Positions 37,876 through 50,258 are shown, counted from the stretch's first letter. The stretch is DNA of 64,000 bases from Octopus bimaculoides (GCF_001194135.2 NC_068994.1:8485169-8549168); one strand, 5' to 3'. The notes: a model not told the origin generated them from the letters alone. Translations and numbers: made by a program.

Positions 37876-39710
37876 GCAACAGTCAAGAGCACTAGCACCC
37901 CACTTTCATTATAAGGCCGTTCCCAGAACTTATTTCCTATTTATATTTCAAAATTCTAATAACGTTTCCTCTTAATTCTTTATTTTGCGTACGAAAGAAA
38001 TAAAAATTAAACCACAAACCTTTGCTTTATTTTTGAGTTTTGGAGAGTTAGTTTTTAGGGAGTTCTCCCTGGTACCCACAGAGAGGTAATCTTTTTAATT
38101 TTTTAAAGTATTATTATTTAAAAAAAAAAAACGATTCCGTTATCTTGTTATCCTTTTTGTGTCGCCTAAGTGTAGCACAATAACACTGGACACATATCTA
38201 GAAAATATAAAATGAGTGGAAAGCGGAAAAGAGAAAAGTTTTTATAGTGAATCATTAGCACTTGAACTGTCAACTTTAAAAATTCATGAAAAATTCAAGT
38301 GAGCGTCATACTTTTCTAAACTAAAAGAGACAGGCAATAAAACAAGGGAAATATGAAGAAAAAACAGTGTCTGTGTGGCTGATCTGTTAGCGTTACTGAT
38401 AATTCTACCGTGCTAATATCCAGTAAAAGGGTTTGAATTTATTTTAACAATGGCAACAAGTAGAAGCTGAGGAAATGAATGGGAAGTCTTATTGCTTCAG
38501 GTGAATAGTTTAAAAAAGATCAAGAAATGATCTAAAATTCCATAGCAATTGCAGAAGAGGTATCTGAAGCACATGCATGGATATGGCCAGCATATTTGAA
38601 GATATTAAAAGAGGTTAATATGCAATCGAATTAGTTTTTTTTTTATGTAGAAGTATGTGGATGTTTCGATTGAAAATACCCAGTAAAACTTTTGCTTTTA
38701 TCTCTATGAAAGTAAGATAGGCACTGGAGGATGTATAGAGAATACGCTCGAAAGATTAGATCGTTCAATCCCTACAAGGGCCACATTAATCACTTCCCAA
38801 AATTGCGTTTGACTCTGGCCAATAATTGATGAGGAATTGGTGACCTGTGTTTTGTGTTCGCGTGTGTATTTAGTATACGATCGTTTGTTTATTTACTACA
38901 CTTTTTACTATATATATATATATATATATATTAAGGTTATGACTTTTTGAGTTTTTAAAAACTAAACAATTTCCTGTATCAAAAGTCGATGAACAGTTTC
39001 ATATAAGTAGGAAAAATAACCTTTATTTTAAGTTTTTTCAAAAAAACCTCACCCCTAATTGAAGAAATTTAACACCACTTTTTAGCAATATTATGCAAAA
39101 TTCTACTGGGGTTCATAATGCTTACTCAAGCTTTTACCAAACTTGGTGTGCTGACTTAATGCAATGCAGAAGCAGTATATCTCAAATTTCAGCTTTCAAG
39201 TTTATGCAGTTTAGGAGTTATAGAGTTTTTAATTTGTTATCACTTAGGCCCTACTTTAGGAAATATCCTCTTCCTCTCCGTTTTATTTCTGTGACGCTAA
39301 AAACTCTGACTATATTAACTGTTTTCAGAATAGTAGGCTTATCCAACAAGAACATCTAAAATAATGTCTCATAAGAGAAGTGCTTGTGTCACTCAAAGAA
39401 ACAAACAAATCTGGACGAAGAATCTCGTGCAATTTCAAAACTCACATAGGAAAAAATCTGTTCCTCTAGAAGAGCATTCTTTGGGAAACAACTGCAGGAC
39501 ACCAATGAAACTTCAAATTATCGGTCGCTACATGTTCCTTGGAGGTACCATCAAAGGAAGAAAAAAAATAAGAAAGGAAATTTCGAAAATAACTTTTTTA
39601 TGGTAAAAGTTAATTAAATTTCCCATAATTATCGATTCAAAATTTAGAAGCAAAAGTAGAAAAAGTGCTGAATACTTACGAGGAAAATACGATTCATTGA
39701 AAGGAACTTT

Positions 39711-39917
39711 TCTTATTTCTTTATTTCCCACAAGGGCCTAAACATAGAGGGGACAAACAATGACAGACAAGGAGATCAAGTCGATCACATCGACCTCTGT
39801 GTGAAACTGATATCTAATTTATCGACCTCGAAGTGATGAAAAGCGGAATTTGAACTCAGACGAAATACCGCTAAGCATTTCGCTCAGCGTGCCAATGTTT
39901 CTGCCAACTCTCCACCT
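39711..39917 (-). mobile_element. Family A SINE, tail variant 2
   Basis: Reverse of 41854-42082 including the tail ttgtctgtc..gtcccctctatgtttag.cccttgtgggaaataaaga, with internal deletions. Confidence 0.85.
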
Positions 39918-40224
39918 GAAAAGGTACTCTTTATTATTGGATGAGATATTGTGCTTTCTTTTCTTCTTTGCAAGCTGCCAACTTTAACCCGAACACTCTA
40001 TATATGAATATTAAACATGCCAGAGAATGGAGTTGGAACAGGGCTCTAGTCCTTTGTAAAAATAAGTCTTGCAAAAACGTATTAGTAATTTTGTGTTCGT
40101 ATACTGGCATTTGGTAAAAGCAACACTGTCTGATTGTCTGTCTGTCTGTATGTATTTATATATGTATCTATACGTATATAAGTATGCATCTACATACGTA
40201 TATATACATGAATATACATTTGCA

Positions 40225-40262
<38 letters not shown>

Positions 40263-40471
40263 CTTATACACACATACGCATACACACATACATATGTGTG
40301 TGTGTATAGTGATACATTACACAGATGTATAAAATAGCAAATAAAATATATAATAAAAAACTTGTAATATAAACTAAATTTACATACATATATACGCACG
40401 TACATGCTTGCATACAACAATCCATCCATACATACACACATAAAGACATGTAAATATATATATAAATTTAT

Positions 40472-40503
<32 letters not shown>

Positions 40504-40789
40504 GTAATTACATACACACGTACACACAAAACACACACACACACACATACATACATGGGAACACACGTACATGCATTGCTACATACGTATGCACCAAATA
40601 TAAGCAAAATCATAAATAACTACCAAAACTTTTGCATCACATGCTAATACAACATATTGTATTTTTTTGTTGATTGAGAAGATTTAGAATCCATTACGTA
40701 AAATTGCCTAGCTTGAACATATTGAAATATATGATTTTTCAAAGCCCTTCTGTTACCAGAATAAAATCTATACGTACTTATATACTTAA

Positions 40790-40832
<43 letters not shown>

Positions 40833-41489
40833 GTATATATATGTTATATAATATAAACATATAAATATGTGTGCATATATGCATGTACACTATTTATATA
40901 TAATTTATATATATATGTACATAGATATGCATACGTGCACACACATTTTCACGCATAGATATATGTATAATAGGGATCAGATCAATAGCGAAACTAATTT
41001 GTTTCCAATAAGTAAAATTTCCATAAATGTTCCCATTATTTTCCCAAGTGTAAAAGTGTTTTATGGAGCTATTACCTTCGGGTCCGCCCACCTCGGCTTG
41101 CCCGTCTTTACGTATATGCGTCGACACACGGACACATATGCACGACACACGACCATCTATCTATCTATCTATCTATACATGCATACATACATACATACAT
41201 ACATACATATGTATAATGAATACATATAATATATTCGCGAAAAATTAGAACCGGTAGAGTAGGAAAGGAGTTGTTACAAATATGCAAAATAAAGGGGATA
41301 TATACACACATGTACATAAATGCATTCATACATACATACATATATACATACATACGTAAGGAGAGCGAGAGAGGAGGGAGTAATTCTAAACGATTCTGGA
41401 AGTTATTCACACACAGATATATATATATATATATACATATCTCTATATACATATATATATATATACACACATATATATCTACATATCTC

Positions 41490-41544
<55 letters not shown>

Positions 41545-41853
41545 GATATCACAATTTTACAACACCATTAGGAAGTATCTAAACGTTACTTAGTAAATGA
41601 GAAGCGTTGAAGGTTATAAATTGTATCATTAGTGGATTACAGGAGCGTAAAATCAGGCATCTGTTGTATGTGGTGCATCTATTACATTATAGGAAATTTT
41701 ATAGAAAAGGTTTGATAATGGAAATTGCTATATGGATAATCTGACGTTTCCGACTCTTATCGTTCGTCAATAATATTTGTCTGTCGTAAGCATATGTACA
41801 CACGCCCCTCAAACAAACGCACGCACACACATCCCCCAATATATATTTATAAA

Positions 41854-42082
41854 GGCGGCGAGTTGGCAGAAACGTTAGCACGCCGGGCGAAATGCTTAGC
41901 GGTATTTCGTCTGCCGCTACGTTCTGAGTTCAAATTCCGCCGAAGTCGACTTTGCCTTTCATTTTTACGGTGTCGATTAAATAAGTACCAGTTATGCACT
42001 GGAATCAATGTAATCGACTTAATCCCTTTGTCTGTCCTTGTTTCTCCCCTCAATGTTTATCCCCTTGTGGGCAATAAAGAAC
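41854..42082 (+). mobile_element. Family A SINE, tail variant 2, near full length
   Basis: ggcggcgagttggcagaaacgttag..gagttcaaattccgcc..gtcgactttgcctttcat..aagtaccag..cccttgtgggcaataaaga. Confidence 0.92.
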
Positions 42083-42232
42083 AGCGGTTGTCCAGCACTG
42101 TTGGACAAATTCAAAGATACACACACAGATATATTATATTATTATACACATATTATTATACATATATTATTATACACACGGACACGCAGCACGCATATGT
42201 GCTCTCGCACGCACGCACGCACGCACGCGCGC

Positions 42233-42396
42233 GGGGCAGGCTTCGTTCACATTCTGTCTATCGAATCCACTCACAAGGCTTTCATTGGTTCGTGGCTATA
42301 GCAGAAGATACTTTCCCAAGGGCTGCGCAGTGGAAATGAACCCAAGACCACATAGTTGCGGAGCAAGCTTCTCAACTACACTACCACATCTACGCC
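42233..42396 (-). mobile_element. Family B SINE head, degenerate
   Basis: atccactcacaaggc..gctatagcagaagatactttcccaagg..gaacccaagaccacatagttg. Confidence 0.8.
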
Positions 42397-43004
42397 TATA
42401 TTACGCTAGGATAATTATTTTTTAATCAATGTATCTTCACATACAAAAAAAACAACCTAAAAATAAAAAGAGACGACACAAACAAAACCTCTTGTAAATG
42501 CTTTTTTGTTCAAGTCATAATTATGATAAACTCTTGTTTCGTTCCTTAAAATATTGACTCTTTTCGACATTTAACAAGAATAAGATATCGGCAGAATATC
42601 ACGAATTTTCTCGGATTTTCCTAATTTACTATACAGTAGAGATAACGTAATCTGTGATACGAATTCCTTACTCTGACATGCTTCATGCTTATAACCCTGT
42701 CGCCACTTGCGTAATTGATGATAAACACGATACTTCTCACATGCTGGCGTCATCTTGATCCATGCTAATATCAGAATACATTATTAAGCAAAGTCAGTTG
42801 AGTGGTGGAAATAATGATTTGTATTATATAATTCCTTTAGGTTCTGCATTCAAACTCAAGCTTATCAGACTTGATAAATAATGTATTGATAAAATATAGG
42901 AGTTCAATAAATTTCATACCGACAATTTGTTGTGTAGATTAAAGCGTTTTTGCTCTCCCCTAAAATGTTTCAGATTTTTTTTTTTTTTTTTAACCTTGGA
43001 TTCA

Positions 43005-43130
43005 ACTGAATCGTTAGCTCGTTTGACAAAATGGCTTGCAGTATATCGTTACGGCTCTTTACATTCTGAGTTCAAATTCCTGCCGATGTCAACGTTGTCA
43101 TACATCTTAGAGAGTCGTTAAAATAGAGTA
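43005..43130 (+). mobile_element. Family A SINE head, degenerate
   Basis: gaatcgttagc..ttacattctgagttcaaattcc. Confidence 0.7.
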
Positions 43131-43142
43131 GCAATAAATATC

Positions 43143-43325
43143 TGTGTTGTGTTCTTGAGCAAGACACTTCATTCCACGTTGTTCCAATTCACTCAGATGT
43201 AAAAATGAGTTGCGACGTCACTGGTACCAAGCTGTACCAGCTCCTTCGGCTTTCCCTTGGATAACATCGGTAGCGTGGAGACGGGAGGTTTGTATGCATG
43301 TTCGACTGCTGGCCTTCCATAAACG
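43143..43325 (+). mobile_element. Family G SINE fragment (E-like core with a different tail)
   Basis: gttcttgagcaagacacttcattccacgttg..cactcagatgtaaaaatgagt resembles the family E core. The downstream sequence differs. Confidence 0.65.
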
Positions 43326-43331
43326 TAAACA

Positions 43332-43577
43332 GGCGCAGGAATGGCTGTATAGTAAGTAGCTTGCTTACCAACCACATGGTTCCGGGTTCAGTCCCACTGT
43401 GTGGCACCTTGGGCAAGTGTCTTCTACTATAGCCTCGGGCCGACCGTAGCCTTGTGCGTGGATTTGGTAGACGGAAACTGAAAGAAGCCCGTCATATATA
43501 TGTATATGTATATATGTTCGTGTGTCTGTGTTTGTTCCCCCTAACATCGCTTGACAACCGATGCTGGTGTGTTTACG
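43332..43577 (+). mobile_element. Family B SINE (head, CORE-like ccttgggcaag domain, spacer, start of tail)
   Basis: tggctgtatagtaag (box A), gggttcagtccc (box B), ccttgggcaagtgtcttctactatagcctcggg. Confidence 0.92.
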
Positions 43578-43749
43578 GTGGTGAGCTGGCAGAATCGTTA
43601 GCGCGCCGAACAAAATTCTTAGCGGCAGTCTTTACGTTCTGAGTTCAAATTACGCAGAGGTAGACTTTGCCCCTTTCATCCTTCCGTGGTTGATGAAATA
43701 AGTGCCAGGGAAACACTGGGGTCGATATAATCGACTTAGCCTTCTTCCC
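43578..43749 (+). mobile_element. Family A SINE fused directly to the preceding B element
   Basis: gtggtgagctggcagaatcgttagc..gagttcaaatt..ctttcatccttcc..cactggggtcgatataatcgact. Confidence 0.9.
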
Positions 43750-43811
43750 GCAAAAAAGCAAAAAACCATTCAGGCCTTTTTGCCTCTAGTATAAAGGATT
43801 ATTATAATCGT

Positions 43812-44009
43812 TGTTGCTGTTACTACTACTACCATCACTACTACTACTACCACCACCACCACCATTACTACTACTACCACCACCATTACTACTACTACTA
43901 CCACCATCACTGCTACTACCACCACCACCATCACTACTAACTACTACCACCACCATCACTGCTACTACTACCACCACCATCACTGCTACTACTACCACCA
44001 CCATCACTG

Positions 44010-44042
<33 letters not shown>

Positions 44043-44082
44043 TCACTACTACTACTACTACTACTCCTCCTGCTACTACTAT
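43812..44082. repeat. (ACT/ACC) compound repeat with a ~24-bp higher-order unit (ccatcactgctactactaccacca)
   Basis: Direct reading. Confidence 0.9.
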
Positions 44083-44503
44083 CATTTTTATGATTATTGT
44101 TATCATCATCACAATTCTCTCAGCAAAAAGCTTCTATTTTTCACTTTTAATCCTCCAGTTTTTCTTCTGTCAGATTTACATTGGAGCATCTTTTCTTTGT
44201 AATGACGTCGCGCTTAAATCCGCCGCATTTCGATCTCGATCTATTGTATTTACTTAGTGCCATGTGGAACTAGGTCGGCAATAGCAGAGAGTGTTTAGCT
44301 GTGGAAAGAGAGCGATGCTGATATCAAGATACCAGACTGCCATCGTATATCTAGGTTGCCTGTCAGATACCCTATCAAAACCTCATTTAATTCAGAGATA
44401 TTTTGTTATCTCATGGTTCAATATGAAGCATATATTACAAGTGAAAAATATCAACCAAATCAAGTAGCCTGTATCACTAATTATAGATAACTCGAATTAC
44501 ATG

Positions 44504-44551
<48 letters not shown>

Positions 44552-44596
44552 GCATATATGTATGTGTATGCATATACATACACACATTTATACATG

Positions 44597-44645
<49 letters not shown>

Positions 44646-46457
44646 GTATGTATATGTATGTATGGGAAGAATAAAGAATTCACTATTCTTTATCGAAGTT
44701 TTATGTTATGGTTTCGCGATATTATTGTCTGCTCTATTATTCTCGTTCTTATCTGTCTGGTTTACAGACAGACGTTACTCGCAATTCCGGTGGTTTTTCA
44801 GAAATATTGTTAAGATAGTGGAAACTTTTGCCTTTAGATGTTCAAGTAAAAGTAGAGTTAACAATTCTATTGAGATATATTAACTTTATTAAAAATATTA
44901 CAGAACTCTCTTTGGCGGCAAGCAATCAATGATGCATCGAAAAGATCATTGGTTCGTATCATATTCTAAGTGCAATGTAGTATGTTTTAGTTTTAGCTTC
45001 TCCCGATCAACGTGGAGCATCGGCCATCGAGAGAAAATCTACCTAGTATGGTCTGAGATTTTATAATGAGCCTACTCTCGGACCAGACTTGTATCTACTT
45101 TAATCTCCTCCACAGTGATCAATCATAGCCAGGAAGGACGGTTTCCTGTCCAACGCTCCAGCTTGAGCTTTGACCGCCATTCGTGAAAGGGTCTCGCTGA
45201 TGATGTCATATGCATTCGTAACACATGTCCAAGTTTATTACTTTTGGATGTTCAACCCGTCTAACGACGCTAGTATTCACGTTGAAAACATAAGAATAGC
45301 CTCAGCTCAATTCATCTGTTTTGAAACGGGTGCCATTACAAGAAAGCAAGATTGCATGGAGGGTTATGTGGTTATGAAGTTCACTACGCAACGACGTAGA
45401 CGCTGGTTCAAAACCACTTTAACCAGCATCATTTAACATAGCCCCGAATAGATTAATATTATGTGAGTGAAGTTCATTAAGCGAAAACTATCTCCAGAAT
45501 TATATCATCAAATTTCATCTTATCTCTCTGAAGATTTGAGATTTGAGGAAATTTTAGCAGCTATTTTTAATTGATCGATGAAAATGCGTAGAGGCTCTCT
45601 AAGATTAAAGGAAGGCATTTTCTATAAACAATTAATCACTCTTTAAGCTTTTAAGAAAGGGACTCTTATACTAATTTCGAAGGAGGGTTTCATTATCGGG
45701 GAACTACGAAAGTGGAATATGATCAAAAGACCAGAGAATGATCAAAGGTCAAAGACGCAGTAAATATTGGAATTAAATAGAAATCCAATCAAGACACCAA
45801 GCAAAAGCTGATTAAATATCACCCCACCCCACATAATCTGATTTAATCATTCTATTTGCTGTGAAGCATAATGAATAAGGATTCTAAACCTCGCCATCAG
45901 TAATAATTACTAAACGTATGGTTTACAAATGTATGTATTGAGCCAAGGAACATGCACACAGAAATACACTCTCATTCATAGAAAAATATCTATACACGGT
46001 ATGTGCAAGTGTAACTCTTTCTGTGGGTACAAAGCCAGAAATATTGTAGGAAACGGAGTCGTGGATGAAAGTCAATATCTGCGTAATTTGAACACAGAAA
46101 GCAGACCTCGGAAGAAAAGTCTTTAAGCCTACTTTCTTGTGCAGTAACGATTCGGCCGGTTCGCCGCCTTAAGTGTAGGTATAATAAAGATTCTTGTTTG
46201 CGGCAAAATGTGGCCCCCACCTCTTTCCGTTATGTAATTGATGTTGTGTGAGAAAAAAAATGCTTTACAACAAGTTTGGTCAGCGAGTGCCGCTAAGAAA
46301 CACGAGGCCTCGCTGGAGTGAACTTCTCAGATGGTGTTAACAAAATTACTGTTTTAAAACACCAACTTGTGTATCACACACACACGTGTGTTGACATATG
46401 ATATATTCATATCTGATGTGATATTAATATGCTCCATAAAATGCGTATATAAACATT

Positions 46458-46675
46458 CTTTTCTACTCTAGACATAAGGCCCTAAATTCTTGGGGAGGGG
46501 GGGCCAGTCGATTACATCGACCCCAGTATGCAACTGGTACTTAATTTATCGATCCCCCCGAAATGATGAAAGGTAAAGTCGACCTCGGCGGAATTTGAAC
46601 TCAGAACGTAACGGCAGACGAAATACCGCTAAGTATTTCACCCGTGTGCTAACGTTCCTGCCAGCCCGCCGCCTT
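46458..46675 (-). mobile_element. Family A SINE, tail variant 3, near full length
   Basis: cttttctactctag..gtcgattacatcgaccccagt..gtcgacctcggcggaatttgaactcagaacg..ctgccagcccgccgcc. Confidence 0.92.
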
Positions 46676-46702
46676 GGTGTAAATAAATATTATGGATGGT
46701 AT

Positions 46703-46900
46703 AAGGCAGCGAGCTGGAAGAACCATTAGCACGCCGATAAAAATGCCCGACGGCTGTTCAAATGCCGCTGGGGTTGAGTTTGCTTTTCATCCTTCGGAAT
46801 CAATAAAATAAAATACAAATGGAGCACTGTGATCGATATAAGCAACTTAGCGCCTCCCTGGAAATTACTGGCCTTGTGCCAAAATTTGAAACCAATATTA
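46703..46900 (+). mobile_element. Family A SINE, degenerate, head-to-head with the previous copy
   Basis: aaggcagcgagctggaagaaccattagcacgccg..tttcatccttcgg..ggccttgtgccaaaatttgaaacc. Confidence 0.85.
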
Positions 46901-47194
46901 AGAATAATATAGAACTCTGTACCAAAATGTACATAACGTTGTAGAAACTAGATGACGAGAATTTCAATACTAAAAGCCGGTAAATTGAGCAATTAAACGA
47001 TACTTAATTACAGTTTGAGAACCTGAACACTTGCATTGTGTGTATTCAGTTACAATTAAAGCATTCTTTTTCTAACGTAATGCAACTGTTGTAATAATAT
47101 TGGCTTTGTAATCACATTATCTGCATGTTTTTCCCTATTAGAAATGTGTACAAGATGGACGTAATTGTCTGTCTGTCTGTCTGTCTGTCAATCG

Positions 47195-47463
47195 TTTCTT
47201 TTATTTGTTTCAGTCATTTGACTGCGGCCTTGCTGGAGCACCGCCTTTTAGTCGAACAAATCGCCCCCAAGACTTATTCTTTGTAAGCCTAGTTCTTATT
47301 CTAACGGTCTGTTTTGCCGAACCACTAAGCTACGGGGAAGTAAACGCACCAGCATCGGTTATCAAGCGATAGTGGGGGGTCAAACGCAGACACACAAGTA
47401 CATATGTGTATACACACACACACACACACACACACGACGGGGTTGTTTCAGTTTCCATCTACC
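47195..47463 (-). mobile_element. Family B SINE (tail, spacer, part of head)
   Basis: tgtttcagtcatttgactgcggcc..gctggagcaccgcc..ttattctttgtaagcctag..(ca)n..gtttcagtttcc. Confidence 0.9.
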
Positions 47464-47607
47464 ACCACGTACCTTCACCAGATGTATTACTTTTCGGTGA
47501 AGCACAAGTCTGTGTATCGAGAATTCCAATACACTTAAGTACATCCTTTACATGCAGCAACAACGAGATGTGATTATTTGTTAAGTTTATTAATTTTCGT
47601 GTTGTAA

Positions 47608-47815
47608 AGAGCGAGCCGGCAGAATCGTTATCATACCGGACAAAATGTTTAACGATATTTTTTAAAGTTTTGAGTTCAAATGACGCCATGGTCGACTTTG
47701 CCCTTCATTCTTTTGAGGTCAATAAAATAAGATATGAGATGACCACTAAGGTTGATGTGAAGCACTATCCCTATCTCCCAAATCTCAGGCATTGTGTATA
47801 TACGGGAAAGGATTA
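47608..47815 (+). mobile_element. Family A SINE, degenerate
   Basis: ggcagaatcgtta..gagttcaaat..ggtcgactttgcccttcattc..gaggtcaataaaataag. Confidence 0.8.
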
Positions 47816-47962
47816 ATTATTTTGCAGTGGCATTGACAATGATAATTAATTAAGAATTGATTTATGTATTTATTGCTCAGATCAAAGTCAAAACCAATCT
47901 AGAAAGTGTTTGAACATTGATGAAATTATATTCCAGTAATGTCTGATTTTCCTCACAGACAT

Positions 47963-48198
47963 CATGGTGCTCCGTCGGTTACGACGACGAGGGTTCCAGT
48001 TGATTCGATCAACGGAACAGCCTGTTTCAGTTTCCGATCAACGGAACAGTCTTGTTTCAGTTTCCGCCTACCACATACACTCACAAGGCTTCGGTCGGTC
48101 CAGGCTATAGAAGGCACTTGCTGCAGGTGCCACGCAGTGCGACTGAACCTGGAACCATGTGGTTGGGAAGAAAGCATCTGACCACACAGCCATGCCTG
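47963..48198 (-). mobile_element. Chimeric SINE: family B head joined to a family D 3' tail, with a duplicated junction
   Basis: 47963-48020 matches the D tail (57743-57800), 48025-48198 matches the B head, and a 29/30-bp tandem repeat spans the junction. Confidence 0.85.
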
Positions 48199-48374
48199 TA
48201 TATATATATATATAATTATGTGTATTTCTTCTATCTTAATGAATAAAAATTCTTCGGATATAATAAATGGGTTAATAGAAACCAATGTAGCAAAGAACAC
48301 AAAATAACTGTGGTTTAGTTCCTGTTTTTAAGGCAGGAACTCCTTGAAATTTTGGGAAATTTGAGTATATTTAA

Positions 48375-48694
48375 AAATTTAAGGAATGGAGAAAACGCAT
48401 GTTATAATTGCATACTTTATTCCTACCTATGTTTCAAAGGATTACAACCTGTGTGATCCATAGGGATCTTTGATATTAAAATTGTAAGGGAAAGCATGGG
48501 AATCATCTTAAACGTAAGACATTATGACCGATAATCGGTCATACGTTTAAGATGACTCCCATGCATTCCTTGAAGAGAAGGTTACAATTTTAATATCAAA
48601 GATCCCTATGAATCACACAGGTTGTAATCCGTTGAAACATATGTAGGAATAAAGTATGCAATTATAACATGCGTTTTCTCCATTCCTTAAATTT
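48375..48694. mobile_element. 320-bp fold-back palindrome, probably an inverted Penelope-like terminal-repeat pair
   Basis: Arms 48375-48532 and 48534-48694 are reverse complements with 6 substitutions, one 8-nt indel and one 11-nt indel, around a 1-nt centre (48533). Confidence 0.85.
48565..48650 (+). ncRNA. Minimal type I hammerhead ribozyme-like motif (C3U variant)
   Basis: Stem I AUUCC/GGAAU, core UUGAAGA, a long stem II closed by GAAGGUUACAA/UUGUAAUCCGUU, then GAAA, palindromic stem III ACAUAUGU and a GUA cleavage triplet. Confidence 0.65.
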
Positions 48695-48747
48695 ATATAT
48701 ATATATAATATGTATGTATGTATTTAGTAACAGTTTGAGCTGATTCC

Positions 48748-48799
48748 ACATGACTTAAAGTTTCGTGTGTGCATAAAACCCGTTGTTTTCATCAGATAT
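48748..48799 (-). ncRNA. Second hammerhead-like motif with a defective stem II
   Basis: AUAU-CUGAUGA-24 nt-GAAAC-UUUAA-GUC-AUGU. Canonical core and GUC triplet, 4-bp stem I and near-palindromic stem III, but stem II does not close next to the core. Confidence 0.35.
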
Positions 48800-49269
48800 T
48801 CCGTGACAGATAATATTCAAAATGAAATGATATATCCACATAAGAATAGAAACTACGTCACAAGGTCTACATAATAGGAATATATTTCATGAAGAACGGT
48901 GCGTCACTCACTTGTAAATCATGTACACAGTAAAACATAAAAATAAGTTATTTTACCTTATACACGTTAGGTAATAATGTAAAATTTTTTTCCTGTTTAT
49001 CATCTACTTTCATTCTTAACGTATTATTTGATGTCGACTACAAATGCCACTATTAAATGTATATATAGCAATAAATAGGCAATCGCACTTATACACTAAC
49101 ACTTGTGCTTACGCATAGTGGAAAAAAAATATGTATGTATGTATTTAAATAGTACATCTATATCTCATAGTGAGTTCTATACAAGATAATATCTGAGACA
49201 CCGCATAACACAATATGTTACAGTGTTTAGGTATATACATATGTATACATATATCTGCATACACCCCCC

Positions 49270-49275
49270 CCCCGC

Positions 49276-49333
<58 letters not shown>

Positions 49334-49655
49334 CATTCGTCTATATATACATTCGTATATATACACACATATTTACATGGGGGTTTAATTGTGTGTATTT
49401 GCATATATATCTGTAAGTGCGTTTATACATGTGTATTTATACACATACATGTATATATATATATATGTGTGTGTATATGTATGTATGTGTGTATATGTAT
49501 GTATGTGTGTATATGTATGTGTGTGTATATGTATATATGTGTGTGTATATGTATATATGTGTATGTATATATGTGTGTGTGTATATGTGTGTGTGTGTGT
49601 ATATGTATATATGTGTGTGTGTATATGTATATATGTGTGTATATATATATATACA
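49270..49655. repeat. (CA)n, (TA)n and long degenerate (TG/TA)n tract
   Basis: Direct reading. Confidence 0.9.
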
Positions 49656-50055
49656 CATGGTTATATTTTTATAGTCATATGTAAATGCATACATACATAC
49701 ATACGTACGTACATATATGTTTGCATATACATATATACACAAACACTCACAGAGAGAAAGAGTGGGTGGGGTGAAGAGAGAGAGATATGCACATACCGAT
49801 AGAGAAGGAGTAGGAGAGAAAAAATATTTACTTTATTTCATTTAAAGATAAATAAAAAATTATTGATTTTAATTTAATTTTATTTATTTCGGACTGAACG
49901 AATTTAAATGGCTTCAAAAGAAGTAAATAAAATGTTTTCTTATAAAAAAAAAAAGCTAACATAGATGATTGTATTGATGCTGTAAATGTAGTTGATGTTT
50001 ACTATGAAATTTTATTACGACGAAAATAGATTCTTTTATATAAATTCTGTGAAAC

Positions 50056-50190
50056 TCAGGCGTGGCTGTGTGGTAAGAAGTTTGCTTCTCATTCACAGGG
50101 TTCTGCGTTCAGTTTTCAAGTATAGCCTCCGCCCGGTGAAAATCATATCAGTTAAATCGGTTGACGGAAACTAAAAGAAGCCTTCCGTAT
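50056..50190 (+). mobile_element. Family B SINE head, degenerate
   Basis: ggcgtggctgtgtggtaagaagtttgcttc..gacggaaactaaaagaagcc. Confidence 0.75.
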
Positions 50191-50258
50191 ATGTATGTAA
50201 TATTCTTGTTTGTGTGCGTGTTTCTCGGTGCTTGTGGTAGATTTGCCGCAGCATTTAT

